A DNA stretch of 64,000 nt from NCBI GenBank assembly GCA_963770895.1, contig CAVYRF010000002.1, forward strand, positions 1,376,001-1,440,000, in the 5' to 3' direction. The notes below the pieces were generated by a model. That model searched no databases, was not told the DNA's origin, and saw nothing but the letters and a program-made list of their open reading frames with translations. A program made the position numbers and the translations under genes. This DNA comes from an uncultured Acidobacteriota bacterium (GTDB taxonomy: Bacteria; Acidobacteriota; Thermoanaerobaculia; Multivoradales; UBA5704). Positions 1-9,203 of this stretch are shown here, piece by piece. Each line of letters begins with the position of its first letter. The stretch's first letter is position 1.

Positions 1-126
1 GCTGTCCAGGTTGGAGATGCGGACGTGGTAGGCGAAGAAGTAGTAGTTTTCCTGCGGCGAGCTGCGCTCCGCGTCGTAGACGCTTTCCACTTCGACACGG
101 ATACCTCGGGTTTCGGTTGCGCTCAT
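1..126 (-). CDS. apaG: ApaG family protein, N-terminal part (runs off window start)
   Basis: Manual translation from ATG at 126: MSATETRGIRVEVESVYDAERSSPQENYYFFAYHVRISNLDS, matching the ApaG N-terminus (IRVEV..Y..E.S.P....Y.FAY.(I/V).I.N). Not in ORF track. TATAAT lies 7 nt upstream. Confidence 0.88.
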   Translation of the reverse strand, partial: MSATETRGIRVEVESVYDAERSSPQENYYFFAYHVRISNLDS

Positions 127-315
127 CGCCCGGATTATAGACCGCGGCCGGTTACCATGTCGTCGGCAGCGCCGGCCGGGAACCTGCAGCCCCGCCCCGG
201 CGTTGCAACCAGGTAGATCGATTCCAGCCAGCGGACCTGCACTACTCTTGCGATGCGTCCCGGATCACCTGGTCTTCACGCCAGGACCCGGCAGCTGACT
301 TTCTCGGAGGGAACC

Positions 316-3300
316 ATGCGCCGACCCCTGTTGCCGCCCACCTGCCCGGCCGCCCGCCTCACCTCCAGCCTGACCCTCGTGCTGACCGCCTGCCTGGCCG
401 CGTGCCTGTGCGCCGGCCTTGCCGCGCCGCCCGCCGCCGCGTCGAGCTCCCCGGCCGCCCCGGCAGGCGCCGCCGCACCGGGAACCATCGATCCCAGCCT
501 GCTCGCCGGCATGCGGGCGCGCTCGATCGGCCCGGCCGCCATGAGCGGGCGCATCGTCGACATCAAGGGGGTGGAAACGGACCCGCTGACGGTCTACGTC
601 GGCGCCGCCACCAGCGGCATCTGGAAGACGGCCAACGGCGGCCTCACCTGGGCGCCGATCTTTGACGACCAGCCGGTGCATTCGATCGGCGCCATCGCCA
701 TCTTCCCGGCCAACCCCAATGTCGTCTGGGTGGGGACCGGCGAGGGCAACACCCGCAACAGCGCTTCGGTGGGCAACGGCGTCTACCGCTCGCTCGACGC
801 CGGCCGCACCTGGCAGCACGTCGGCCTGGACAAGACCGAACACATCCGCCGCATCGTGCTCCACCCCACCGACCCCGACGTGGCGTACGTCGCCGCCGAA
901 GGCCGGGAGTGGGGAGAAAACCCCGAGCGCGGCATCTTCAAGACCACCGACGGCGGCCGGTCCTGGAAGCGCATCCTGTACGTGGACGAGCGCACCGGCG
1001 GCGCCGAGCTGGCGATGGACCCGGGCAATCCCAACAAGATCTTCGCCGGCATGTGGCAGTTCCGCCGCTGGCCCTGGGGCTTCCGCTCGGGCGGTCCGGG
1101 CTCGGGGCTGTACGTCACCCTGGACGGTGGCGACACCTGGAAGAAGCTCACCGCCGACGATGGCCTGCCCAAGGGCCTGCTGGGTCGCATCGGGGTCGCC
1201 TTCGCGCGCTCCCAGCCGAGCGTCGTCTACGCGCTGGTCGAGGCGGAAGGCAAGAACGCGGTGCTGCGCTCCGACGACGGCGGCGCCAGCTGGCAGACCA
1301 CCAACACCGACGCCGACACCACCGAGCGGCCCTTTTACTACGCCGAGATCCGCGTCGATCCGCAGCGGCCCAACCGGCTGTACGACCTCACGTCGCGCCT
1401 GCGGGTGTCGGAGGACGGCGGCAGGACCTTCCACCTGCTCGGCCAGTCGCGCGAGATCCACGGCGACTACCACGCCCTGTGGATCGATCCCAACGATTCG
1501 CGCTTCATGGTCGTGGGCGAAGACGGCGGCGTCGGCATCAGCCGCGACCGCGGCGAAAACTGGCAGTTCGCCGCCAACCTGCCGTTCGGCCAGTTCTACC
1601 ACGTCGCCGTCGACAACGAGGTCCCCTACAACGTCTACGGCGGCCTGCAGGACAACGGCGCCTGGCGCGGCCCCAGCTCGGTGTGGGAAAACGCCGGCGT
1701 GCGCAACGCCCATTGGGTGATCGTCGGCGGCGGCGACGGCTTTGTCACCCTGCCCGACCCGCACGACGCGCACCAGGGCTACTCGGAGGCGCAGGGCGGC
1801 GACCTGCAGCGCTTCGACCTGCGCACCGGCGAGCGCAAGACGCTGCGGCCGCCCGAGCTGTCGACCGATCCCGCCAAACGCCTGCGCTTCAACTGGAACA
1901 CCGGCCTGGCCGAGGACCCCTTCGACCCCGCGACGATCTACTACGGCAGCCAATACCTGCTCAAGTCCACCGACCGCGGCGACACCTGGACGGTGGCCAG
2001 CCCCGACCTGACCACCAACAATCCCGACTGGCAGCACCAGGACCAGAGCGGCGGCCTGACCCTGGACGCTTCGGGCGCCGAGAACTACTGCACCATCATC
2101 GCCATCGCGCCCAGCGCCGTCGAGCGCGGCGTCCTCTGGGTGGGCACCGACGACGGCCGGGTGCAGGTGACGCGCGACGGCGGCAAGTCCTGGACCAGCG
2201 TCGAAGCCAACATCCCCGGCGTCCCGGCGCACACCTGGGTGCCGCAAATCCGCGCCTCGCACCACGCCGGCGGCAGCGCCTTCGTGGTCTTCGACGACCA
2301 CCGCCGCTCCAATTGGACGCCGTACGTCTATCGCACGGACGACTACGGCAAGACCTGGAAGAGCCTGGCGACGCCGAACCTGTGGGGCTACGCGCTGGCG
2401 ATCGAGCAGGACCCGGTGGACCGCGACCTGCTGTTCCTGGGCACCGAGTTCGCGCTCTACGTATCGCTCGACGGCGGCGCCCACTGGCTGCCGTGGAAGC
2501 ACGGCCTGCCGACCACCTCGGTGATGGACCTGGTGATCCAGCCGCGCGACGCCGACCTGGTCCTGGGCACCCACGGCCGCTCGATCTACATCCTGGACGA
2601 CATCACGCCGCTGCGCCAGCTGACCGCGGCCACCCTGAGCGAGCCGCTTCACCTGTACGTGGGGATGCCGGCGCTGGAGCACCCGATGGTCTGGGGCATC
2701 GGCGCCTACGAGCCCGGCGGCGGCGAGTTCCACGGCGAAAACCGTCCCTACGGCGCCATCCTCACCTACTCGCTCAACCTGCCCGACCTGCCGCTGGCCG
2801 ACCAGCACGCCGAGCGGGAGCGCCGCGAACGCCAGCGCGCCGAGCGGTTGGCGCACCCGCCCCCCGCGACGCCGGCGACAGCCGCGACCGCGACGGGCGC
2901 GAGCAAGCCGGCCGGCGACGAGGCGGCGTCCCCCGAAGTGGAGGCCGCCGCCGCCGCCGCGCCTGAAGAGGAAGAGCCCGAAAACGATCTGCCGTCGGCC
3001 TTTGGCGGCAGCACCAGCAACGGTCCGCGGCCGCTGCCCGGCGAGCCGCAGGTCGAGATCCGCATCAGCAACCACGCCGGCAAGGTGGTGCGGACGTTCA
3101 AGGGGACGGCGCACCTGGGCGTCAACCGCGCCGTCTGGGACCTGACCCGCGACCCGTTCGACCAGCCGCACGGCACCGGCCGCGGCTTCTTCCGCCACGC
3201 CGGCGGCCCGCAGGTGCCGCCCGGCACCTATGACGTGGCGATCACCTTCAAGGGGCACACGGCGCACGGCACCGTGCGCGTCGACGCCGATCCGGACACC

Positions 3301-3879
3301 CACAACACCGCCGCCGACTGGCAGGCGCGGGAAGCCCTGATCGCACGCGCCGGCGCCCTGCAGAACGCGCTGGTCGAAGGCATCGCCCGCATCGCCGCGG
3401 CCAAAAGCGACGTCCAGGTGGTGATCGGCAAGCTCCGCCGCGCCGAGGAGCGCCGCCGGGAAAGCCACCGCGAAGCCGAGCAGGCACAGCACCACGCGCC
3501 CGGCGAGCCGGAGGCGCCGCCGGCACAGTCGCCCGAAGGGCAGCTGCTGCGCGCGGCCCGCGATCTGGAACGCAAGCTGGACGCCGCCGAGCGGCGGCTG
3601 CACGTGCCGTCGGGCAACAAGGGGATCGTCGACGACCGCACGCCGCTCACCCAGGTCGAAGGGACGATCGAAGCGCTCGACGGTTCGTGGGACCCGCCCG
3701 ACGCCAGCGAGCGCACCCGCCTGCAGCAGGCGGACGCCGTGGCGACCGCGGCCCTGGCCGAGCTCAACCGCTTCCTGGCCGCCGACGTGGCGGCGTTCAG
3801 CCGCCAGGCGGCCACCGCCCACATCGATCTGCTGCCGGAGGAAAAGCCGCTGGAGGTGGCACCGCCGCCAGCCGGCTGA
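316..3879 (+). CDS. Secreted VPS10/sortilin-like BNR (Asp-box) repeat beta-propeller protein, putative glycosyl hydrolase
   Basis: Many S/TxDxGxTW Asp-box repeats, RSIGPAAMSGRI start of the mature domain, N-terminal signal peptide, C-terminal coiled region. GGAGG RBS before ATG 316. Confidence 0.85.
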   Translation: MRRPLLPPTCPAARLTSSLTLVLTACLAACLCAGLAAPPAAASSSPAAPAGAAAPGTIDPSLLAGMRARSIGPAAMSGRIVDIKGVETDPLTVYVGAATSGIWKTANGGLTWAPIFDDQPVHSIGAIAIFPANPNVVWVGTGEGNTRNSASVGNGVYRSLDAGRTWQHVGLDKTEHIRRIVLHPTDPDVAYVAAEGREWGENPERGIFKTTDGGRSWKRILYVDERTGGAELAMDPGNPNKIFAGMWQFRRWPWGFRSGGPGSGLYVTLDGGDTWKKLTADDGLPKGLLGRIGVAFARSQPSVVYALVEAEGKNAVLRSDDGGASWQTTNTDADTTERPFYYAEIRVDPQRPNRLYDLTSRLRVSEDGGRTFHLLGQSREIHGDYHALWIDPNDSRFMVVGEDGGVGISRDRGENWQFAANLPFGQFYHVAVDNEVPYNVYGGLQDNGAWRGPSSVWENAGVRNAHWVIVGGGDGFVTLPDPHDAHQGYSEAQGGDLQRFDLRTGERKTLRPPELSTDPAKRLRFNWNTGLAEDPFDPATIYYGSQYLLKSTDRGDTWTVASPDLTTNNPDWQHQDQSGGLTLDASGAENYCTIIAIAPSAVERGVLWVGTDDGRVQVTRDGGKSWTSVEANIPGVPAHTWVPQIRASHHAGGSAFVVFDDHRRSNWTPYVYRTDDYGKTWKSLATPNLWGYALAIEQDPVDRDLLFLGTEFALYVSLDGGAHWLPWKHGLPTTSVMDLVIQPRDADLVLGTHGRSIYILDDITPLRQLTAATLSEPLHLYVGMPALEHPMVWGIGAYEPGGGEFHGENRPYGAILTYSLNLPDLPLADQHAERERRERQRAERLAHPPPATPATAATATGASKPAGDEAASPEVEAAAAAAPEEEEPENDLPSAFGGSTSNGPRPLPGEPQVEIRISNHAGKVVRTFKGTAHLGVNRAVWDLTRDPFDQPHGTGRGFFRHAGGPQVPPGTYDVAITFKGHTAHGTVRVDADPDTHNTAADWQAREALIARAGALQNALVEGIARIAAAKSDVQVVIGKLRRAEERRRESHREAEQAQHHAPGEPEAPPAQSPEGQLLRAARDLERKLDAAERRLHVPSGNKGIVDDRTPLTQVEGTIEALDGSWDPPDASERTRLQQADAVATAALAELNRFLAADVAAFSRQAATAHIDLLPEEKPLEVAPPPAG

Positions 3880-3888
3880 AAACCGGCT

Positions 3889-4899
3889 TTACAGCTGCAC
3901 GCAGATCTTGCCGAAGTGCGCGCCCGCCGCCATGTGATCGAAGGCGGCGCGCGCTTCGGCGAGCGGGAAGGTGCGATCGATCACCGGCCGCAGGCGGTGC
4001 AGCGCCACCGCCCGGTTGAGCGCTTCGAAGCTGGCGCGCGAGCCGACCAGGATGCCGTCGACGCGCACCCGGCGCATCTGAATGGCGGGCAGCGAGATGT
4101 CGGTGGAGTTGCCGGCCAGCACGCCGATCAGGTAGATCCGCCCGCCCGCTCTGACCGCCTGCAGCGACTGCGCGAGCGTGCCGGCGCCGCCCACCTCCAG
4201 CACGTGGTCGACGCCTTCGCCGCCGGTCAGCTCCTTGACCCGCGCCCCCCATTCGGGCACCTGGCGATAGTTGACCACGTGGGCGGCGCCCAGCTGGCGC
4301 GCGCGTTCCAGCTTGTCATCGCTGCTCGAGGTGACGATGACGCGCGCGCCGGCCAGCACGGCCAGCTGCAGGGCGAAGATGGACACGCCGCCGGTGCCGA
4401 GCACCAGTACGGTGTCGCCGGCCTTGAGGCCGCCGCCTTCGATCAGGGCGCTCCAGGCGGTGACCGCGGCACAGGGGAGCGTCGCCGCCTCTTCGTCGCT
4501 CAGATGGTCGGGCACCTTGACCAGCCCGTCGGCCGACAGCACCACGCTTTCGGCCAGCATGCCGTCGAGCGGGCCGCCCAAGGTCGTGCGCACCAGGTCG
4601 CGCCCCGGCTCGCCCGCCAGCCAACCCTGGGCGAAGATGGCGCACACGCGGTCGCCGGCGCGCACCCGCGTCACGCCGTCGCCCACCGCCACCACTTCGC
4701 CGGCGCCGTCGGAGCAGGGGATCAGCGGCAGCTTCTGCTTGCGGTTGTAGCTGCCCTGCACCATGAGCAGATCGCGGTAGTTGAGGGAAGCCGCGCGCAC
4801 CCGCACCAGCGCCTGGCCGGGTCCGGGGTACGGTTCGGGGCGCTCCACGAGCGCCAGGTGATCCAGGCCGAAGGTGTCGCCGATCTGCACCGCGCGCAC
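3889..4899 (-). CDS. NAD(P)-dependent medium-chain (zinc-type alcohol dehydrogenase-like) oxidoreductase
   Basis: ASLNYRD, PCSDGAGEV, VLVLGTGGVS and GAHFGKI motifs. GTG start at 4899 just after the HIT stop. Confidence 0.9.
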   Translation of the reverse strand: MRAVQIGDTFGLDHLALVERPEPYPGPGQALVRVRAASLNYRDLLMVQGSYNRKQKLPLIPCSDGAGEVVAVGDGVTRVRAGDRVCAIFAQGWLAGEPGRDLVRTTLGGPLDGMLAESVVLSADGLVKVPDHLSDEEAATLPCAAVTAWSALIEGGGLKAGDTVLVLGTGGVSIFALQLAVLAGARVIVTSSSDDKLERARQLGAAHVVNYRQVPEWGARVKELTGGEGVDHVLEVGGAGTLAQSLQAVRAGGRIYLIGVLAGNSTDISLPAIQMRRVRVDGILVGSRASFEALNRAVALHRLRPVIDRTFPLAEARAAFDHMAAGAHFGKICVQL

Positions 4900-4901
4900 G
4901 G

Positions 4902-5333
4902 TCAGCGCTCCTGGTCCAGGGCGTGGCGCAGCTTGCCCAGCAACGCTTCGGCGTCCGCCGGCGCCAGCTTGCCGGCAGGCCACAGGATGCCCAGGCCGGC
5001 GCCGTGCAGGCGCGGGATGATGTGGAAATGCACGTGCATCACCACCTGGTGCGCGGCGGAGCCGTTGTTCTGCAGCACGTTGTAATCGGTCGCGCCGGTC
5101 GCCGCCATCACCGCCCGGCAGAGGCGCGGCAGCACCCGTCCCACGGCCGCCGCGGCGGCGTCGGACAGTTGGTGCAGGTGGGCCTTGCGCTCCTTGGGGA
5201 TCACCAGCGTGTGCCCCGGCGACAGCGGCCCGATGTCCAGGAACGCCAGCACGTGGTCGTCCTCGTAGACGCGGTGGCAAGGAATCTTGCCGGCGAGGAT
5301 CTGGTCGAAGACAGTGGTCTGCGGTTCGCTCAT
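4902..5333 (-). CDS. HIT family nucleotide hydrolase
   Basis: HVHFHIIP histidine triad; AFLDIGPLSPGHTLVIPK. Confidence 0.95.
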   Translation of the reverse strand: MSEPQTTVFDQILAGKIPCHRVYEDDHVLAFLDIGPLSPGHTLVIPKERKAHLHQLSDAAAAAVGRVLPRLCRAVMAATGATDYNVLQNNGSAAHQVVMHVHFHIIPRLHGAGLGILWPAGKLAPADAEALLGKLRHALDQER

Positions 5334-5398
5334 GCCGCTATCTTAGCCCGCATCCCGCATCCGCCGGCCGCTTGCGGCGCGCCGTGGCGCCGCACCTC

Positions 5399-5426
5399 TT
5401 GACAGCGGCGATAAGTCCGATACGCT
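5399..5426 (+). promoter_or_regulatory. Sigma70-type promoter for the kamA operon leader
   Basis: TTGACA (5399-5404), 16 nt spacer, TACGCT (5421-5426). Confidence 0.55.
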
Positions 5427-5442
5427 TAAGTCTGTGGAAACC

Positions 5443-5552
5443 AGCACGGCGACCGATCAGCCTCCCAGTAGCATGCGCATCGTCGCCTTCGGGGACGTTT
5501 GGCGACCTCTGTCAGGGCGCCGCCAAAAACCTGGCCACCGTGCTCCGTCGCC
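5443..5552 (+). ncRNA. Candidate structured 5' leader (cis-regulatory RNA) upstream of kamA
   Basis: Closing stem AGCACGG/CCGTGCT, a cUUCGg hairpin (5481-5497), a TTTGGCG/CGCCAAA stem, and two copies each of GGCGAC and GTCGCC. No known family recognised. Confidence 0.35.
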
Positions 5553-5819
5553 CCACCTGCCTCAACCCTTCCACCCGTCCCTCCCTTCCGCCGCTCCCGC
5601 AGCTCAAGGCTCCGCATCCGCCGGCCCCGCGATCGTTCGCGCCGGCGCTGTAAAAGCCACCCACTGACCGCCATGCGCTCGGAGCCCCCCGGGGCAGCGC
5701 CGCTTCCGGCCGTTGATCGCAGCGGGTCGAGAACCCGCATCCAGCGACCCCAGCGCGGCGCCGCCGCACCCATTCGCTCGACCCCTGCATCCTCGCCGCG
5801 AGGACCAAGGAGATCCACA

Positions 5820-6977
5820 ATGAAGCAAGAGGCGTTCGCCTCAGCTGTACAGCTTGCCGACCGGTGCGACGACGTCTGCGCCATTGTCAACGACAGCTAC
5901 GACCCCGCGACCTGGGGCGACTGGCGCTGGCAGATGCGCCACCGCCTGACCCGCCTCGATCAGTTCGAGCGCCTGTTGCGGCTCACCGAAGCGGAGCGGC
6001 GGGGGCTGGCGATGGCAAGCGAAAAGTTCTCGGTTGCCGTGACGCCGTATTTTGCGACGCTGATCGATCCGGACAACCCGGCCTGCCCGATCCGCAAGCA
6101 GGTGGTGCCGGTCGAAGGGGAGCTGGTGGTCAGCGCCGACGACATGAGCGATCCCTGCGGCGAAGACGACGCCAGCGTCCTCGAAGGGCTGGTGCATCGC
6201 TATCCCGATCGGGTTCTTTTCCTGGTGCTCGACACCTGCGCTTCCTATTGTCGCTACTGCACGCGCAGCCGCCTGGTCAGCCAGGGCGAGCTCGAGCCGC
6301 TCGGCCGCCGGGTGGAAGGCGCGCTCGCCTACCTGCGGGCGCACCGCGAAGTGCGCGACGTGTTGATCTCGGGCGGCGATCCGCTGCTGATGTCCGACGC
6401 CACGCTCGACAAGCTTCTGGGACAGCTGCGGGACATCCCGCACATTGAATTCGTGCGCATCGGCACGCGCATCCCCTGCTTCCTGCCGCAGCGCATCACC
6501 CCGGAGCTGGTGGCGGTGCTGCGCAAGCATCGGGTGTGGCTCTCGGTGCACTTCTGTCACGCCAGCGAGCTGACCCCCGAAGTCGCGCAGGCCGCCGACC
6601 TGCTGGCCGACGGCGGCATCCCGCTCGGCTGCCAGACCGTGCTGCTCAAGGGCGTCAACGATTCGGCCGACACGCTGCGCGACCTGTTCCACGGCCTGCT
6701 CAAGCTGCGCATCCGTCCTTACTATCTCTACCAGTGCGACCCGGTGATCGGCACTTCGCACCTGCGCACCTCGGTCGCCAAGGGGCTTGAGATCATGCAG
6801 CAGCTGCGCGGCCACACCACCGGCTACGCCGTGCCCACCTACGTCGTCGACGCCCCCGGCGGCGGCGGCAAGATCCCGGTGCAGCCAGAAACCATCGTCA
6901 GCCAGCACGACGGCGAATGGCGCCTGCGCAACTGGGCCGGCAAGGTCTACAGCTACTTCGATCCCGAGGCACGCTAG
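5820..6977 (+). CDS. kamA: KamA family radical SAM protein (lysine 2,3-aminomutase-like)
   Basis: DWRWQ, CPIRKQ, GLVHRYPDR, CxxxCxxC (CASYCRYCTR), LISGGDPL, YVVDAPGGGGKIP. AAGGAG RBS before ATG 5820. Confidence 0.93.
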   Translation: MKQEAFASAVQLADRCDDVCAIVNDSYDPATWGDWRWQMRHRLTRLDQFERLLRLTEAERRGLAMASEKFSVAVTPYFATLIDPDNPACPIRKQVVPVEGELVVSADDMSDPCGEDDASVLEGLVHRYPDRVLFLVLDTCASYCRYCTRSRLVSQGELEPLGRRVEGALAYLRAHREVRDVLISGGDPLLMSDATLDKLLGQLRDIPHIEFVRIGTRIPCFLPQRITPELVAVLRKHRVWLSVHFCHASELTPEVAQAADLLADGGIPLGCQTVLLKGVNDSADTLRDLFHGLLKLRIRPYYLYQCDPVIGTSHLRTSVAKGLEIMQQLRGHTTGYAVPTYVVDAPGGGGKIPVQPETIVSQHDGEWRLRNWAGKVYSYFDPEAR

Positions 6978-7011
6978 TGACGTTGGTGCAGGCCCGGGCC
7001 ACAGGCCGGTG

Positions 7012-8034
7012 ATGGCGACGCTTGCCGCGGAGCCGCCGCCGCGCTGCCTGCGCGTGGCCTTGGCGTACGACCTCAAAACGGACTACCTGGCCGCCGGTTT
7101 CTCGCCGCAGGCGGTCATGGAGTTCGACGACGAGGCGACCGTCGGCGGGCTGGCAGCCACCATCAGCGGGCTCGGCCACCAGGTACACCGCGTCGGCCGC
7201 GGCGTCGAACTGGCGCGCCGGCTGGCCGCGGGCGAGCGCTGGGACCTGGTGTTCAATCTCGCCGAGGGCGTAGCCGGCCGCTCGCGCGAAGCGCAGGTGC
7301 CGGCGCTGTGCGAGCTGTTCGAGCAGGCCTACACGTTCTCCGATCCGCTGACCACCGCCCTGACCCTGGACAAGGCGATGAGCAAGCGGCTGGTGCGCGA
7401 CCACGGCCTGCCGACGGCGCCGTTCGCGGTGGTCAGCTGCTCCCAGCAGGCCGACCTGGTGGACCTGCCGTTGCCGCTGTTCGTCAAACCCGTCGCCGAA
7501 GGCAGCTCCAAGGGCGTCACCGAACGATCCAAGGTCGCCGACCGCGGACAGCTGCGGCAGCGCTGCGACGAGCTCCTGGCCGCGTTCGCACAGCCGGTGC
7601 TGGTGGAAGCCTACCTGCCCGGCCGCGAGATCACCGTCGGCATCGTCGGCAACGGCGGCGGCGCCCGCGTCGTGGGAGTGATGGAGGTCGCCTTCGATCG
7701 CGGCAGCGACCGCGAGTTCTACACCGCGCTCAACAAGGGCGAATTCGAAGAGCGGGTGACCTACAGCCTGCTCGCAAGCGGTCCCCTGGCCGACCGCGCC
7801 AGACAGGTGGCGCTGGCCGTCTACGCCGCCCTGGACTGTCGCGACGCGGCGCGCGTCGATCTGCGCTGCGACGCGGCGGGAGAGCCGTGCTTTCTGGAAG
7901 TCAACCCGCTGCCCGGCCTGCACCCGGTGCGCTCCGACCTGCCCATCATGTGCCGGCTGGGCGGCACCGACTTCCCGACCCTGATCGGCGGCATCGTCGA
8001 CGCGGCGGCGCGAAGGGTCGGGCTGTGGAGCTGA
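7012..8034 (+). CDS. D-Ala-D-Ala ligase-like ATP-grasp enzyme 1
   Basis: VFNLAEG..GRSREAQVP, TLDKAMSK, FVKPVAEGSSKG, YLPGREITVG, RVDLR, FLEVNPLPGL. Confidence 0.88.
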   Translation: MATLAAEPPPRCLRVALAYDLKTDYLAAGFSPQAVMEFDDEATVGGLAATISGLGHQVHRVGRGVELARRLAAGERWDLVFNLAEGVAGRSREAQVPALCELFEQAYTFSDPLTTALTLDKAMSKRLVRDHGLPTAPFAVVSCSQQADLVDLPLPLFVKPVAEGSSKGVTERSKVADRGQLRQRCDELLAAFAQPVLVEAYLPGREITVGIVGNGGGARVVGVMEVAFDRGSDREFYTALNKGEFEERVTYSLLASGPLADRARQVALAVYAALDCRDAARVDLRCDAAGEPCFLEVNPLPGLHPVRSDLPIMCRLGGTDFPTLIGGIVDAAARRVGLWS

Positions 8035-9203
8035 ACGGCGCGGCGCGCCTGCTGATCGCCCACAACCCGGTGGGCAAGGACGACGATCCCTCGACGGCCG
8101 ACGTCCTGGCCCAGGTCGAGCTGGTCGAAACCGCCGCCGTCCGCCTCGGCCTGGACACCCTGCGCGTGCCGGTCGCGGCTTGGCGAGCCTGGGAAGACCT
8201 GCGGGCGCGGCTGCGGCGCGGCGACTGCGTGTTCAACCTGGTCGAAGCGCCGCCCGGCCTGCCCGCCGTCCACCCCGCCACCGCCTCGGCCTTCGAGCGG
8301 CTGGGCACCCCCTTCACCGGCGCCGGCACCGACTGCCTGTGGCTGACGACCGACAAGCTCGCGACGCGCGCCGTGCTCGCCGCAAGCGGCCTGCCCGTCG
8401 CCCCCGGCGGCTGCCTGGACGCCGGAGCCACGGTGCTCGATCGCGTGGCGCCGCCCTGGATCCTCAAACCGAGCTGCGAAGAGGCCTCGATCGGCCTCGA
8501 CGGCGATGCCGTCTGCGCCACGCGCGACGCCGCCCTGGCCCGCGCCGCCGCGCTCGCCGCCCGCTTTCCGCGCCAGCGTCTGCTGGTCGAGCGCTACCTG
8601 CCCGGCCGCGAGATCAACGTCTCGCTGCTCGCCGGCGGCCGCGCCCGGCGCGCCGGCGGCAACGATCAGGAAGTGCAGAACGTGCAGGCGCTGCCGGTGG
8701 CGGAGATCGACTTTGTGGACTACCCGCCCGGCATGCCGCGGATCGTCGGCTACGAAGCAAAGTGGGAGCCGCAGTCGTTCGCCTACACCCACACCGTACG
8801 CCGCTTCCCCACCGACCGCGCCTCGGCGTCGCTGGTCGCCGCCGCCCGCCGGCTGGCGCTCGCCGCCTGGCGCGCCTGCGGCCTGGCCGGCTACGGCAGG
8901 ATCGACCTGCGCGTGGACGACCAGGGCGGGCTCTGCATCCTCGAAGTCAACGCCAATCCCTGCCTGGCCGCCGACGCCGGCTTCATGGCCGCCGCCGCCC
9001 AGGCCGGCCTGGACGCCGCGGCCGTGGTGGCGCGCATCGTCGCCGCCGCGCTCGCACGGGTGCCGGGGCGTCAGGGCGTGCCGGAGCCCAGGCGGGGTTT
9101 TTCCAGGCCGAGCCAGCCGGCGACGCGGCGGGCGACGTCGGTGGCGGGGACCAGCGAACCGGTGGCGGTGGCGGGTTTGACGTCCTTGCCGATGGCCAGG
9201 TAG
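8025..9203 (+). CDS. D-Ala-D-Ala ligase-like ATP-grasp enzyme 2
   Basis: VFNLVE, TTDKLATR, ILKPSCEEASIG, YLPGREINVS, GYGRIDLR, LEVNANP. GTG start overlaps the previous stop. Confidence 0.85.
   Translation: MELNGAARLLIAHNPVGKDDDPSTADVLAQVELVETAAVRLGLDTLRVPVAAWRAWEDLRARLRRGDCVFNLVEAPPGLPAVHPATASAFERLGTPFTGAGTDCLWLTTDKLATRAVLAASGLPVAPGGCLDAGATVLDRVAPPWILKPSCEEASIGLDGDAVCATRDAALARAAALAARFPRQRLLVERYLPGREINVSLLAGGRARRAGGNDQEVQNVQALPVAEIDFVDYPPGMPRIVGYEAKWEPQSFAYTHTVRRFPTDRASASLVAAARRLALAAWRACGLAGYGRIDLRVDDQGGLCILEVNANPCLAADAGFMAAAAQAGLDAAAVVARIVAAALARVPGRQGVPEPRRGFSRPSQPATRRATSVAGTSEPVAVAGLTSLPMAR

Noticed and set aside
265-3822. 1185-aa minus-strand ORF, and similar long antisense ORFs (13525-16626, 39629-41863, 61114-63483)
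   Set aside because: Shadow frames opposite well-supported genes; long stop-free antisense frames are expected in very GC-rich DNA and show no motifs.
5434-5667. 77-aa ORF in the kamA leader as a leader peptide
   Set aside because: No convincing RBS, low-complexity composition and no Lys-rich attenuator pattern; RNA structure explains the region better.
5820-6977. KamA radical SAM as the maturase of the Cys-rich peptides
   Set aside because: It is a PLP-dependent aminomutase-type protein with no SPASM or RRE domain, and lies about 45 kb away in its own operon.
7012-9203. Calling the ATP-grasp genes ddl or van resistance ligases
   Set aside because: N-termini differ from canonical Ddl and there is no dcw or vanHX context; kept as Ddl-like.
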